The position numbers and the translations under genes are program-made. From assembly GCA_002842095.1 (NCBI GenBank), contig PHCB01000006.1:3814-67813 (forward strand): DNA of 64,000 nt, read 5' to 3'. The notes under the pieces were generated by a model. That model ran no database searches and was not told the origin of the DNA. It worked only from the letters and a program-made list of their open reading frames with translations. Below, piece by piece: positions 21,005 through 31,910 of the stretch. Origin of the DNA: a candidate division BRC1 bacterium HGW-BRC1-1 (lineage in GTDB: Bacteria > Sumerlaeota > Sumerlaeia > Sumerlaeales > Sumerlaeaceae). Each line of letters starts with the position of its first letter. The stretch's first letter is position 1.

Positions 21005-21835
21005 TTACTTTTGCCCCCTGCGCTTGAGGATGTATTTACTGGTCGGATTCTTCTTCTTACGAGTTCTGTAACCCTTGGTCGGTTGACCCCATGGGCTCAC
21101 CGGGTGGCGTCCACCACTCGTGCGACCCTCACCACCACCGTGGGGGTGGTCGACGGGGTTCATGACAACGCCGCGCACTTCAGGACGCTTGCCCATCCAG
21201 CGCGAACGGCCCGCCTTACCAATGGAGATGTTCTCATGCTCGAGGTTGCCAACCTGGCCAATCGTAGCCCGGCACTCGCGGCTGACGATACGAACCTCAC
21301 CCGAAGGCAAACGAAGCGTGGCGAAGTCGCCCTCTTTGGCCAGCAACTGAACGGCAGAGCCGGCGCTGCGGGCCATCTGAGCACCCTTCATGGGCTTCAA
21401 CTCGATGGCGTGAACCATCGTGCCCACGGGGATGAAGCGAAGCGGCATACAATTGCCCGGTTTGATTTCCGAGCCTTCGCCGCTGCGAATGGGCGTGCCA
21501 ACCTGGACACCAACCGGTGCGAGGATGTAGCGCTTTTCGCCGTCCTGGTAATGCAACAGAGCGATGCGAGCGGACCGGTTCGGGTCATACTCGATGCTGG
21601 CAACCTTCGCCGGCACACCATCTTTATCACGCTTGAAGTCGATCAGACGATATTGACGCTTGTGACCGCCGCCAATCCAACGGCTTGTGATGCGACCGTT
21701 GTTATTGCGCCCGCCCTTTTTGTGCAAGGGACGCAGCAGTGATTCTTCCGGTGTCGACTTCGTGATTTCCGCGAAGCTCGCCACCGTCATGCCGCGACGG
21801 CCGGGGGTAGTCGGTTTAAATTTTTTAACTGGCAT
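21005..21835 (-). CDS. rplB: 50S ribosomal protein L2
   Basis: 276 aa; …[27 protein letters not shown]. Confidence 0.95.
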   Translation of the reverse strand: MPVKKFKPTTPGRRGMTVASFAEITKSTPEESLLRPLHKKGGRNNNGRITSRWIGGGHKRQYRLIDFKRDKDGVPAKVASIEYDPNRSARIALLHYQDGEKRYILAPVGVQVGTPIRSGEGSEIKPGNCMPLRFIPVGTMVHAIELKPMKGAQMARSAGSAVQLLAKEGDFATLRLPSGEVRIVSRECRATIGQVGNLEHENISIGKAGRSRWMGKRPEVRGVVMNPVDHPHGGGEGRTSGGRHPVSPWGQPTKGYRTRKKKNPTSKYILKRRGQK

Positions 21836-21871
21836 ATCTCTTTAACTTGTCAGCATCGAAAGGTGGTCTTC

Positions 21872-22159
21872 TCAGACCTCTTCGATCTTTTGCCCCTTCT
21901 CGAGGATGACAAACGCTTTCTTCCAGTCTGCCCGGTGACCCTGCGTACGACCCTGGCGCTTGAGCTTGCCCTTCACCACGATCGTATTCACCTGCTTGAC
22001 CTTCACATTGTAAATCTTCTCTACTGCCGAGGCGATCTCCACCTTGTTGGCGGTGCGCGCCACTTCAAACACATACTGGGGCGCATCGTTCAGGTCGGCG
22101 AGAATGGTTGCCCGCTCGGTGATAACCGGTCGGCGAAGGATTTCATAGGGGGACTTCAT
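21872..22159 (-). CDS. rplW: 50S ribosomal protein L23
   Basis: ILRRPVITERATILADLNDAPQYVFEVARTANKVEI. Confidence 0.9.
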   Translation of the reverse strand: MKSPYEILRRPVITERATILADLNDAPQYVFEVARTANKVEIASAVEKIYNVKVKQVNTIVVKGKLKRQGRTQGHRADWKKAFVILEKGQKIEEV

Positions 22160-22788
22160 GATGCGAGAGCCTCCTCGAGTTGCTTCACGGCCTCGGGCGA
22201 AGTGATGAGCACGTCGGCCGTAAGCAGGCTGTGAATGTTGATGTTCTGAACCGGCAACACCAGCACGTTGGGAAGGTTGCGAGCCGCCAGAAGGAGGTTC
22301 GTAGAGCCGCCAATCACGAGGAGCAGCACACGCTGATCGTCACCCACACCGATCGTGGACAACATTGCCTTAAACGCCTTCGTTTTCGGCTCCGTCACCG
22401 TCAGGTCCGACAGCACCTTCACGCGATTCTGTGCGCGGAGATCACTCAACGCACTGTTAAGCGCAAGACGCTTGACCTTCTTGTTCACCTTCTGGTCGTA
22501 GCCACGGGGCTGCGGCCCGAAGATGATGGCGCCACCACGATACTGTGGCGCACGACTTGAACCCTGACGCGCACGGCCTGTGCCCTTCTGACGGAAAGGC
22601 TTGCGCCCACCGCCGCGAACAAAGGCCCGCGTCTTGGTCGAGTGCGTGCCCTGGCGTTGATTGGCCTCGTAGGCCAGCAACGCCTGACGCACTGCGTTTT
22701 TGTTCGGGTCCACCGCGAAGACAGCGTCGGAAACATCCAACGTGCCGGCGTCGGCACCCTTCATATTTATGAGATTCAACTGAGCCAT
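22156..22788 (-). CDS. rplD: 50S ribosomal protein L4
   Basis: MAQLNLINMKGADAGTLDVSDAVFA…RGGGRKPFRQKGTGRARQGS. Confidence 0.9.
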   Translation of the reverse strand: MAQLNLINMKGADAGTLDVSDAVFAVDPNKNAVRQALLAYEANQRQGTHSTKTRAFVRGGGRKPFRQKGTGRARQGSSRAPQYRGGAIIFGPQPRGYDQKVNKKVKRLALNSALSDLRAQNRVKVLSDLTVTEPKTKAFKAMLSTIGVGDDQRVLLLVIGGSTNLLLAARNLPNVLVLPVQNINIHSLLTADVLITSPEAVKQLEEALAS

Positions 22789-22796
22789 GATGACGG

Positions 22797-23552
22797 TTAC
22801 TTACCTACCTTCTTCTTCGAAGCCTTCATCGGGTTCGCCTTGCCCATCGCTGCTGCGCGATCGGCACGCGTCGCCTCCAACATGGCCTGACGGGTCGCCT
22901 TGCGCAAACGCACAGTGGGACGAATCATCAAGAAACCGTTGTTGAAGCCGGGCACCGAGCCACGCACCATGATCAGGTTGCGTTCCTTGTCCGTGCCCAC
23001 CACCACCAGGTTCAAAGCGGTTGAGCGCGCGTCACCCATGTGACCGGCACCCTTCTTGTTCTTCCACGTGCGCGAAGGATAGCTTGATGCACCCTGCGAG
23101 CCGGCGCGACGGTGATACATCGAGCCGTGGGTTTCGGGACCGCGCGAAACATGCCAGCGCTTGATAGGCGACGCGAAACCGCGCCCCTTGCTCACGCCAA
23201 CCACGTCCACGTGGTCGCCTTCCTTGAACAAGTCCACATCCACCGTCTGCCCAACTTCGGGCACTTCGGCCGGGGCGGTACTACCGTTGGCTCCGTCGAA
23301 ACGGAACTCGCGGATCACCCGCAAAACGGGAGCGCCAGCCTTCTTTAAATGGCCAAGCAGGGGCTTGGTGACGTTCTTTTCCTTCTTGTCACCATAACCG
23401 AGCTGCACAGCCTCGTAACCGTCGCTGTCCTTCGTCTTGCGCTGCAAGACAAAGCACGGCCCGGCTTGAATGAATGTCACAGGGACGAGCTTGCCGTCCT
23501 TGTCGAAGATCTGTGACATCCCGAGTTTTTTTCCAATGAGTCCGAGAGACAT
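22797..23552 (-). CDS. rplC: 50S ribosomal protein L3 (with C-terminal extension)
   Basis: MSLGLIGKKLGMSQIFDKDGKLVPVTFIQAGPC. Confidence 0.9.
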   Translation of the reverse strand: MSLGLIGKKLGMSQIFDKDGKLVPVTFIQAGPCFVLQRKTKDSDGYEAVQLGYGDKKEKNVTKPLLGHLKKAGAPVLRVIREFRFDGANGSTAPAEVPEVGQTVDVDLFKEGDHVDVVGVSKGRGFASPIKRWHVSRGPETHGSMYHRRAGSQGASSYPSRTWKNKKGAGHMGDARSTALNLVVVGTDKERNLIMVRGSVPGFNNGFLMIRPTVRLRKATRQAMLEATRADRAAAMGKANPMKASKKKVGK

Positions 23553-23563
23553 CTGCGTTATTC

Positions 23564-23875
23564 CTAAGTCAGCTTGATTTCCACGTGCACGCCGGCGGGC
23601 AGATCCAACTCCGTCAGCGCGTCGAGTGTGCGTTGCGTCGGATCGATAATATCGATCAGTCGCTTATAACGGCGCATCTCGAACTGCTCGCGGGACTTCT
23701 TGTCCACGTGCGGGGAGCGCAATACCGTGTACTTCCTCAGCTTGGTCGGCAACGGAATCGGGCCCGCTATCTTGGCACCCGTACGTTTTGCCGTTTCCAC
23801 GATCTCCTGAACGCTCGAATCGAGCAGACGGTGATCAAAAGCATTGAGATTAATTCGAATTCTCTGTCCGGCCAT
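23564..23875 (-). CDS. rpsJ: 30S ribosomal protein S10
   Basis: [44 protein letters not shown]; ORF-track N-terminal extension (to 23932) discarded. Confidence 0.9.
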   Translation of the reverse strand: MAGQRIRINLNAFDHRLLDSSVQEIVETAKRTGAKIAGPIPLPTKLRKYTVLRSPHVDKKSREQFEMRRYKRLIDIIDPTQRTLDALTELDLPAGVHVEIKLT

Positions 23876-23970
23876 TGTTCCTGTTCGCGCCCTGCGCAGG
23901 GGGCGGGTGAGTCGCCTTACAGGCCGACCCACCCACCCCGCACACGTAACGGGCTCTCTCTGTAGAGTTA

Positions 23971-25164
<1,194 letters not shown>

Positions 25165-25892
25165 TGCCGAAGAAACCCTCCGTTGATTTTACACGTCTTA
25201 AATTTCAAATGATGAAGCCGCTGCTCTTCGAGCCCCAACCCGCACCGACACTTGCGCACCGACACGAAACAGGACTCAAAAACTTGTGTGAAACCGTTCA
25301 TGGGGGAAGAGAGAAGCGACGAAAGCAAACGGCTAAGACCTCGCCCCTTGCGGGCGAAGACCGTTCGCAAGAGAGGCGATGTAGTTCCACGCGAGTCCAG
25401 CCCGCGGTTGGCTTTCACCGATACCTTGTGAACACTTCGGGAGAAAGAAAAACCTGCCCTTGCCACCCGCACCCGCCCGGTTAGAGGCGCGCACATGCGG
25501 CGTCCGAAGTAGCCCTCGTCTTCTCCCCCTGTTATGAACGCCCAGGAGGCAAACCACCTTAAAGAAGCCCGCACACCCGCACGGTGAGGGAACCGTGAGG
25601 CGATTCCGCCGCCCCGAAGGACAACGAAAAGGAACCGGTGGCCAACGAAATCTTTCCGGGAAACCCGAAAAAACCCCGCCGATCAACACCTGCACACCCA
25701 CTAAATCAAGCCAATGGGCGCAACAAACCCGTGCAGGCACCGATATGGTTACTACACCCCCACAGGGCTATTCAACTATTTCAAATAAATCGTAAATAGT
25801 TGGAACTTAAAGCCGGATTTAATCCTCAGCCGAGATTTTTCGTCCAAGCCGAGGGGCATCCAACTCACCCCCGAGAAGCTGTAAAATTCCTG

Positions 25893-25950
25893 CATTTTAT
25901 TATTGACGTCATGGTTATCATGGTGATATCAGAATGATTCCAGAATCATC
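25893..25950 (+). promoter_or_regulatory. Putative promoter/operator region for the SPFH gene: TTGACG then an 18-nt spacer then GATATC-like −10, followed by an imperfect palindrome AGAATGATTCCAGAATCATCATTCT
   Basis: Pattern read directly in the sequence. The −10 match is weak. Confidence 0.25.
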
Positions 25951-25976
25951 ATTCTTTGCCAAGAGAGCAACACACC

Positions 25977-26867
25977 ATGAACACCGCACCTATTGCCAAT
26001 CATGAAATCTCTGTTAAACCAATCTCGGGTTGGCGAACGCTGCCCTGGGTACTTATCGCCTTCCTTGCCGCTGTGTCTGCCTTCATTTACGGCATCGGCA
26101 TCGAGTCGGTTCTTTTTATCGTCGTCGGCATATTAACCATTTTAGTGGCCGCCGTCGCTTGCGCGGGGTTTGTAATGCTTCCCCCCAATACTGCCGTGGC
26201 GCTGCTGCTTTTTGGGTCCTACCACGGAACCGCCCGCGAAAGCGGATTCTGGTGGGTGAACCCGTTCTACACGAAAAAGGTCGTGTCGCTGCGGCTGCGC
26301 AACCTTAACGGCCCCAAGCTGAAGGTGAACGACAAGGCCGGCAACCCCATCGAAATCGCCTGCGTGGTGGTGTGGAACGTGGAAGACACCTTCGAGGCGC
26401 TCTTCGAGGTGGACGACTACCTCGATTACGTCTCGGTGCAGAGCGAATCCGCCATCCGCCACCTCGCCTCGCAATATCCCTACGATTCGTGGGAGGACGA
26501 CGACATCATATCCCTGCGCGCCAACATCTCTGAGGTTTCAGAGGCTCTGGAAGTGGAACTTCGCGAACGGCTCAGCCGCGCCGGTGTGCGCGTGCACGAG
26601 GCGCGCCTTACGCACCTGGCCTACTCGCCCGAAATCGCTGAAGCAATGCTCCGCCGCCAGCAGGCCGGTGCCATCGTGGCCGCCCGCAAGAAACTGGTGG
26701 AGGGCGCCGTGGGCATGGTGCGCATGGCCCTCGAACAGATCCAGGATGAACACGTAGTGGAGATGGACAACGAACGCAAGGCCGCCATGGTCAGCAACCT
26801 CCTCGTGGTCCTCTGCGGAGAGACCAACGCCCAGCCGGTCATCAACGCCGGCACACTGTATCACTGA
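25977..26867 (+). CDS. SPFH/band-7 (stomatin/HflK/C-like) membrane protein
   Basis: N-terminal TM segment, then an SPFH-like core (…[48 protein letters not shown]…) and a C-terminal helical region. ORF-track start is at 25956; the second ATG (MNTAP) is preferred. Confidence 0.65.
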   Translation: MNTAPIANHEISVKPISGWRTLPWVLIAFLAAVSAFIYGIGIESVLFIVVGILTILVAAVACAGFVMLPPNTAVALLLFGSYHGTARESGFWWVNPFYTKKVVSLRLRNLNGPKLKVNDKAGNPIEIACVVVWNVEDTFEALFEVDDYLDYVSVQSESAIRHLASQYPYDSWEDDDIISLRANISEVSEALEVELRERLSRAGVRVHEARLTHLAYSPEIAEAMLRRQQAGAIVAARKKLVEGAVGMVRMALEQIQDEHVVEMDNERKAAMVSNLLVVLCGETNAQPVINAGTLYH

Positions 26868-26891
26868 CAGCCGAGGAAAGTACCTGATATC

Positions 26892-27449
26892 ATGCCTTCA
26901 CCAGAAGGAACGCTCATATACGAAGAAACGCAGGGCTTTGGGCAGCGCAGCAACTTTGCGATGCTTCTGCTGGTTGCCCTCTTGATACTCACCGCTGTGC
27001 TTGCCCCCCTCATCGTCATCCTCTATGCCCCACCAGAGGTCCGCCACGAAGCGCAGATAAACGGCATTATTGCCAGCCTCATTACCCTCCTCGGCGGGGT
27101 CATCACCTTTGCCAGCTTGTTTTTCATGCGCATAGAAACACAGGTGCGCACACGCGGCCTGTTTGTGCGCCTGCGCCCACTGCCATGGCGTTTCATAGCC
27201 CCGGACGGCATGGTTGCGCATCAAGCCATTACTTATCGGCCCATGCGCGATTATGGAGTTGGCTACCACCGCAGCCTTCGCAAGAAATGGGTTTGCTTCA
27301 ACGCTTCTGGCAATAGAGGCGTGCGGATCGATCTCGCCGACGGTTCCCACGTTATCATCGGCTCACAATCCCCCGACCGCCTCGCGCGGGCCATCTCGCA
27401 ACTGCGCGGCAGCGATGCCGCCCTCCCCAGGGAGAGGAGCGAACCATGA
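26892..27449 (+). CDS. YdbS-like membrane protein (2 TM plus a C-terminal bacterial PH-like domain), paralog 1
   Basis: Two TM helices followed by a roughly 95-aa domain, RIETQVRTRGLFVRL…IIGSQSPDRLARAISQLRGSDAA. Architecture resembles bPH_2/DUF304 proteins. Confidence 0.45.
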   Translation: MPSPEGTLIYEETQGFGQRSNFAMLLLVALLILTAVLAPLIVILYAPPEVRHEAQINGIIASLITLLGGVITFASLFFMRIETQVRTRGLFVRLRPLPWRFIAPDGMVAHQAITYRPMRDYGVGYHRSLRKKWVCFNASGNRGVRIDLADGSHVIIGSQSPDRLARAISQLRGSDAALPRERSEP

Positions 27450-27979
27450 CACCCCCCGAGGGATCCGCGCTCTATGAGGAAAAACAGCATTTCGGCTGGT
27501 CGATAATGGCAATGGCTGTCGTAGGCGTGTTGGTGGTTACCGTAGTTGCCGCCGTGCTTACCATCAAGCGCGCAGGCCAGGGGTCCGGGCCCATGCCAAC
27601 TGGCGTGATTCTCATGTCATTGGCGCCTTTCGGACTCGTTATTGCCGCCACGCTCCTACCGCTTCTGCTTCGCGTCGAAACACAAGTCCGCACTCGGGGC
27701 CTTTACGTGCGCCTGATGCCCTTCCCGTGGCGTCATGTTCCCGCCAGCGAAATAACCACCCACGAAGCGACCTCGTTCCGCCCCCTTCGCGATTGCGGTG
27801 GTTATGGCATGCACAAGAATTTCCTCACCAAGACCACCAGCTATAACGCCCGGGGCAACCGGGGCGTTCGGATCGAGCTGACCGACGGCAAACGCCTGAT
27901 CATCGGCTCACAAACCCCCGACCGCCTCGCGCGGGCCATCTCGCAACTGCGCGGCAGCGATGCCGCCACCGGCCAATAG
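27446..27979 (+). CDS. YdbS-like membrane protein, paralog 2 (tandem duplicate; ATGA overlap with paralog 1)
   Basis: Same architecture as paralog 1. The last approximately 69 nt of the C-terminal coding region are 98% identical at the DNA level to paralog 1 (27353–27421 versus 27897–27965), while the rest has diverged. Confidence 0.45.
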   Translation: MTPPEGSALYEEKQHFGWSIMAMAVVGVLVVTVVAAVLTIKRAGQGSGPMPTGVILMSLAPFGLVIAATLLPLLLRVETQVRTRGLYVRLMPFPWRHVPASEITTHEATSFRPLRDCGGYGMHKNFLTKTTSYNARGNRGVRIELTDGKRLIIGSQTPDRLARAISQLRGSDAATGQ

Positions 27980-27994
27980 GAGACCCCACCCGTC

Positions 27995-28186
27995 GTGCAG
28001 AAAAAATTCCTCCTGCGAATAAGCCCCAAACTCTACGAACAGCTCGAACGCTGGGCGCAGGAGGAACTCCGCAGCGTCAACGGACAGATAGAATATCTCC
28101 TCCGCGAAGCCGTGCAACGCCACCACCCCACCCAAATCATCGAAGCCACGGAGCCAATCGAGGAAGACGAAGATGTGGATGCTTGA
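27995..28186 (+). CDS. Arc/MetJ-type ribbon-helix-helix DNA-binding protein (63 aa) with an acidic C-terminal tail
   Basis: [36 protein letters not shown] matches the Arc-family RHH pattern (beta strand, then R-S-x-N-x-EI helix). Confidence 0.55.
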   Translation: MQKKFLLRISPKLYEQLERWAQEELRSVNGQIEYLLREAVQRHHPTQIIEATEPIEEDEDVDA

Positions 28187-28323
28187 AAAACTCTCGTGAA
28201 GTAACGACGGGAATTTTACGGCTTAATCCGGTTCGGTTCCATCGCTGGCTTCAGGCCCTGACGCCCTCCTTTTTCATCCCAACTCGGGCGCATGCCAATG
28301 ACTGCGCCTGCCCCCCGACCACC

Positions 28324-28706
28324 TGGGCGGACACACAGGTCCGCCCCTACGATCGGGTCTGGTTTTCCAACAAAGGAATTCGCGTTAATTAGCGTCCATT
28401 AGCGATTCGTTATTCGCCTTGGCGCGGGCTTACGGCACGCATCACGAGAGCGCGGGAATTGGCGCAGGAACGATCGGGGGCAGGAATGCCCCCGCCCCTG
28501 TCAGGAGGAGGACATTCCTTTCCCCCTACCATTCGGTTTGGCGGTGAACGGAACGGTCAAAGAATCCATCTGCGATCATCTGCGCCATCTGCGGATTCAC
28601 TCCGTGGGCACTTGGGCGGACACACAGGTCCGTCCCTAGGATTGGTTTCGGTTTTTCCAACAAAAGAATTCGCGTTTGCGTCCATTTGCGGTTCGTTTGT
28701 TTGCTT
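28324..28706. repeat. Composite intergenic repeat locus A: R4a (28324–28416), R3 hairpin GGGGGCAGGAATGCCCCCGCCCCTGTCA (28476–28503), R2 ATCTGCG heptad triplet (28568–28596) and R4b (28613–28706)
   Basis: R4 is TGGGCGGACACACAGGTCCGCCC (8-bp stem hairpin) …GGTTTTCCAACAAAGGAATTCGCGTT-A-TTAGCGTCCATTAGCG-TTCG. All subelements recur at 32.0–32.25 kb and 33.74–33.94 kb. Confidence 0.75.
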
Positions 28707-28985
28707 CGCGGGCAGAGGAATTACGCAGATTGTCAGCGGGAACCGATTGAATCCTCCATCGGTGGAGCGAAGAAACCCCACGGCGTGTGGTGGCTCCTCA
28801 TCTTTTCTACGCGTCAGGCTTTTAGATCACTTGACTCTACCAATTCTGCCTACGGCGATTTGGCTATTGGGGAAATATGTCGCCACCATTCTTGGTGGTT
28901 GTGCATTTCTTCCCGCAATGAGCGTGGGGGCCGCACCCGCGTTACCCCACCTTTGTGTTCAATCTCATTTTATGGGGAGTCGCGG

Positions 28986-31910
28986 ATGAACAGGATCGTC
29001 TTCTTTTTGGTTGGCGCAATCGCAGCGACGGCCGTTATGACCGCAGCCGCGGCGTCGGTGACGAATGTGCGCGCGAACCAGCGCACGGACGGATCGGCAT
29101 TGGTGGATATTGACTACGATCTGGCGGACGTGACGGCGGTTGCCAGTGTGAGTGTGGAGTTCTCACTCGATGGTGGCACGTCTTACACGGTGGTGCCGTC
29201 CACAACCGCGCTTTCGGGCGATTGCGGCGTAGTGACCTCCAGCGGTTCCAACAAGCGAATCGTCTGGAATGCGGGCGTCGACCAGCCGAGCGTGTACACG
29301 GATCAGTGCCGAGCGCGGGTGAGCGCGTTAAACGCAGGGCAGGTGACGACTATTACCCTCCCGGGCGGCGTGCCCCTGGAGATGGTAGCCATCCCGCCGG
29401 GCAGCTTCCAGATGGGCGCGAACGACGAAAGCATGTGGTCGGGGTGGCCTGAAAGCGAGAAGCCGGTGCATACGGTGACGATCGCCCACGCGTTCCAAAT
29501 GGGCCGGTTCGAGGTGACGCAGAGTCAGTGGCTGGCGGTGATGGGCAGTTGGCCGGATCCGAACTGGCCGCCCACTTCATTATCCGGCGTGGGGGACAAT
29601 TACCCGGTCTATTTTGTGTCGTGGGACCACATCAGTGCTGCCAACGGTTTCCTGAATACGCTGAACGCGCATATTTTCTCGACCGGTCAGGGCCCTGCGA
29701 CGTTCCGGTTGCCATCTGAGGCTGAGTGGGAGTATGCGTGCCGCGCGGGCAGCCAGTCGCGGTTCAGCTTCGGGAACTCGAACTGCACCGATAAAACTGA
29801 CTGCACGACAGGCCGCGATCTGGCGGATTATGCATGGTATTGTGGGTTGGGGACGCCAGCATACAGCACAAAGTCTGTCGGTGGGAAGTTATCCAATGCC
29901 TTCGGTCTGTTCGACATGCATGGCAATGTGTGGGAGTTGTGCGAGGACTGGTATCACTCGTCGTACACGGGAGCGCCGACGGATGGTAGCGCGTGGAACA
30001 GCCCTGCGGGGTCTTACCCGGTGCTACGCGGCGGCAATTGGCTATCAAGTCCGGGGGAGTGCCGCTCGGCCTATCGCAACGCAACCGGCCCGCGCGATCT
30101 CTCCAACGGCTTTGGGTTTCGGTTGTCGCGGACATTGCCTTCGACAGCTGAGGCCTCCTCTCCTGCAGAATCAAACATCTTTGTTTTAGACACGAGGGTT
30201 GTAGGCTCGTTGCAGGTGAGGCTCCTGCCAGCCGCTGCGGTGACGGCAGGCGCGCAATGGCGGCGCACGGCGACTACGACCTGGTTCAGCAGTGACGTCA
30301 CGGAATCCTCCATTCCCATCGGTAACTATCAGGTGGAGTTCAAGGATGTGTCGGATTGGATCACGCCCGCGAACCAGTCTGTCACAATCCAGAACGGAGA
30401 GACGGCGACGGCGACGGCGGAGTACAGCACGAATTACGCTCTGACCTCTGCTGATTTCAACCCCGGAGCCCCTGCTCCGGTACAGCCCGCGTCAATCCTC
30501 GATGTGACATGGTCTGTCAGCGGCACACCTCCGGGAACCATCTGGGCCGAACTATTCTTGTCCAAGACCGGCGGTTTTGATACCTGTCGAGTTGGCGCTA
30601 CGCTTACGAACTCGTCGCGATTCGCCTTCCCTGGTGTTCCAGTGAATCACACTCCGGGCAATCAGGTGGTCAACTATGTTCCCGATGGCGTTTATACCAT
30701 CGTGCCCATGATAAACCGCCCCGACACGGGGGGACCCATAGAGAATAATTACGTTAACAACTGGGCGCCCATCGCCGGAAAACGGGTGCTCATCCGGAAC
30801 AACCAATTTGCAACGTGCGATCTGGCCTGGTCGGGAACTCCCTCGTTCGTGGTTTCCGGCCAGAACGTCAGTGTGTCGGGTACCGTCATCAACCTCAGCG
30901 GCAACACTCCCGCTTACGGCTTCTGGGTTGAAACAATCTACGGCACCTTCTCCGACGAAGGATTGTTCCTTGCGGAAGGCTACATCTCCGGAGGCGAGAA
31001 GGTATCCACGTCGCTGGGCCCCAACGACACGGTGGCCTTCAGCCAATCTGGCATCGCTCCGGCTGGCAAGGACCTCGTGGTGGTGGTCGACTCGACCGAC
31101 ATCATTTCCGAGACCGAAGAACGCAACAACAGTGCTTCTCACCGCGTTTCGACTCCCGTTGGACGTGGCTCGTTGGACCTGACCGTGACGGATGCATCGT
31201 TCTCTGCGGCCCAGCTTGCTCCGACAGAGCTAAGCCCCTTCGGGTCGCTGCAATGGTCCGCCACCATTCGTAATAACAGCACCCAACCCACCGGAGATTT
31301 CTGGGTTGAGCTGTTCCACTCAAATAACGGTGGCATCGGTTCCATGAGATCCGGCATCACCCTCACGCAGTCGGAGAAAGTTTCTCTCGCTGCGTCGGAA
31401 ACCAAGCCGTTTAACTTCAATCAACCCTTCAACCAGATTACCGACGGAATCTATTCGGCGGTGGTGGTTGCCAACCGCAACTCCGTGGGTGTCAATCCCG
31501 GCGACACCAATCCGGCGGACAACAGCTTTGTGCTCCCCGGCCGCGTGGTATTGATCAACTCCACAGCCCCGGTCGCGAACCTTCGCTGGAACGCGGAACC
31601 CGTTGTCACACGAACCGGCAACCTCGTTTCCGTAACAGGTCGGGTGATCAACGATGGTCCCGATGCAACAATCGGTTCCTCATGGGTTGAAGCGTATTAC
31701 GGCACCATGGATGTGGCCGGGCGTTACTCCCCACTAAACGTGGTGGCGGGCGGCGTCCTGGTGCCTCCGCTGGCGGGCGGAGAAGGCTACGATATCGCCA
31801 TCAACGGTGGCGTCCTCAGCGGCAACTGGGTAGTGGGCGTCATTATAGATTCAACCGATCTCGTGCCTGAAACCGACGAAACCGATAACTACACGTATCA
31901 ACCGAATTAA
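28986..31910 (+). CDS. Large secreted protein (974 aa): signal peptide, Ig-like domain, FGE-sulfatase (SUMF1/DUF323) domain, then multiple CARDB-like beta-sandwich repeats
   Basis: ATG at 28986 with GGGGAG Shine-Dalgarno sequence (ORF-track start at 28686 lies in the repeat). FGE signature RLPSEAEWEYACRAG…DMHGNVWELCEDWY…LRGGNW…GFRLSR. C-terminal repeats end in the CARDB-like motifs ETEERNNS and ETDETDNYTYQPN. Confidence 0.7.
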   Translation: MNRIVFFLVGAIAATAVMTAAAASVTNVRANQRTDGSALVDIDYDLADVTAVASVSVEFSLDGGTSYTVVPSTTALSGDCGVVTSSGSNKRIVWNAGVDQPSVYTDQCRARVSALNAGQVTTITLPGGVPLEMVAIPPGSFQMGANDESMWSGWPESEKPVHTVTIAHAFQMGRFEVTQSQWLAVMGSWPDPNWPPTSLSGVGDNYPVYFVSWDHISAANGFLNTLNAHIFSTGQGPATFRLPSEAEWEYACRAGSQSRFSFGNSNCTDKTDCTTGRDLADYAWYCGLGTPAYSTKSVGGKLSNAFGLFDMHGNVWELCEDWYHSSYTGAPTDGSAWNSPAGSYPVLRGGNWLSSPGECRSAYRNATGPRDLSNGFGFRLSRTLPSTAEASSPAESNIFVLDTRVVGSLQVRLLPAAAVTAGAQWRRTATTTWFSSDVTESSIPIGNYQVEFKDVSDWITPANQSVTIQNGETATATAEYSTNYALTSADFNPGAPAPVQPASILDVTWSVSGTPPGTIWAELFLSKTGGFDTCRVGATLTNSSRFAFPGVPVNHTPGNQVVNYVPDGVYTIVPMINRPDTGGPIENNYVNNWAPIAGKRVLIRNNQFATCDLAWSGTPSFVVSGQNVSVSGTVINLSGNTPAYGFWVETIYGTFSDEGLFLAEGYISGGEKVSTSLGPNDTVAFSQSGIAPAGKDLVVVVDSTDIISETEERNNSASHRVSTPVGRGSLDLTVTDASFSAAQLAPTELSPFGSLQWSATIRNNSTQPTGDFWVELFHSNNGGIGSMRSGITLTQSEKVSLAASETKPFNFNQPFNQITDGIYSAVVVANRNSVGVNPGDTNPADNSFVLPGRVVLINSTAPVANLRWNAEPVVTRTGNLVSVTGRVINDGPDATIGSSWVEAYYGTMDVAGRYSPLNVVAGGVLVPPLAGGEGYDIAINGGVLSGNWVVGVIIDSTDLVPETDETDNYTYQPN

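Noticed and set aside
20087-21742. Long plus-strand ORF (551 aa), and similar long antisense ORFs at 24196..25212, 35777..37408, 47500..48816, 52398..54362, 56378..57241, 366..1745 and 1772..2926
   Set aside because: These are shadow ORFs opposite well-supported genes (ribosomal proteins, tuf, ilvB, pilus protein, PGM, giant lipoprotein, GT2/GT4) in GC-rich DNA. Their translations are Arg/His/Gly-rich low-complexity sequence with no motifs.
25165-25955. tRNA genes upstream of tuf (as in many tufB loci)
   Set aside because: No GGTTCGANTCC-type T-arm or its complement and no cloverleaf-compatible segments were found on either strand.
28437-28457. A pseudogenised paralog of gene 32251..33657 in locus A
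   Set aside because: Only about 20 nt (encoding …LVMRA…) are shared and the similarity stops abruptly. It is more likely part of the repeat element itself than a gene remnant.
28986-31910. Diversity-generating retroelement (DGR) target gene
   Set aside because: The FGE/CLec-like fold is suggestive, but it is N-terminal rather than at the 3' end. No reverse-transcriptase ORF was seen in any of the six frames. The nearby repeats are not near-identical copies of part of the coding sequence with A-specific differences. It is left as something to check at genome scale only.
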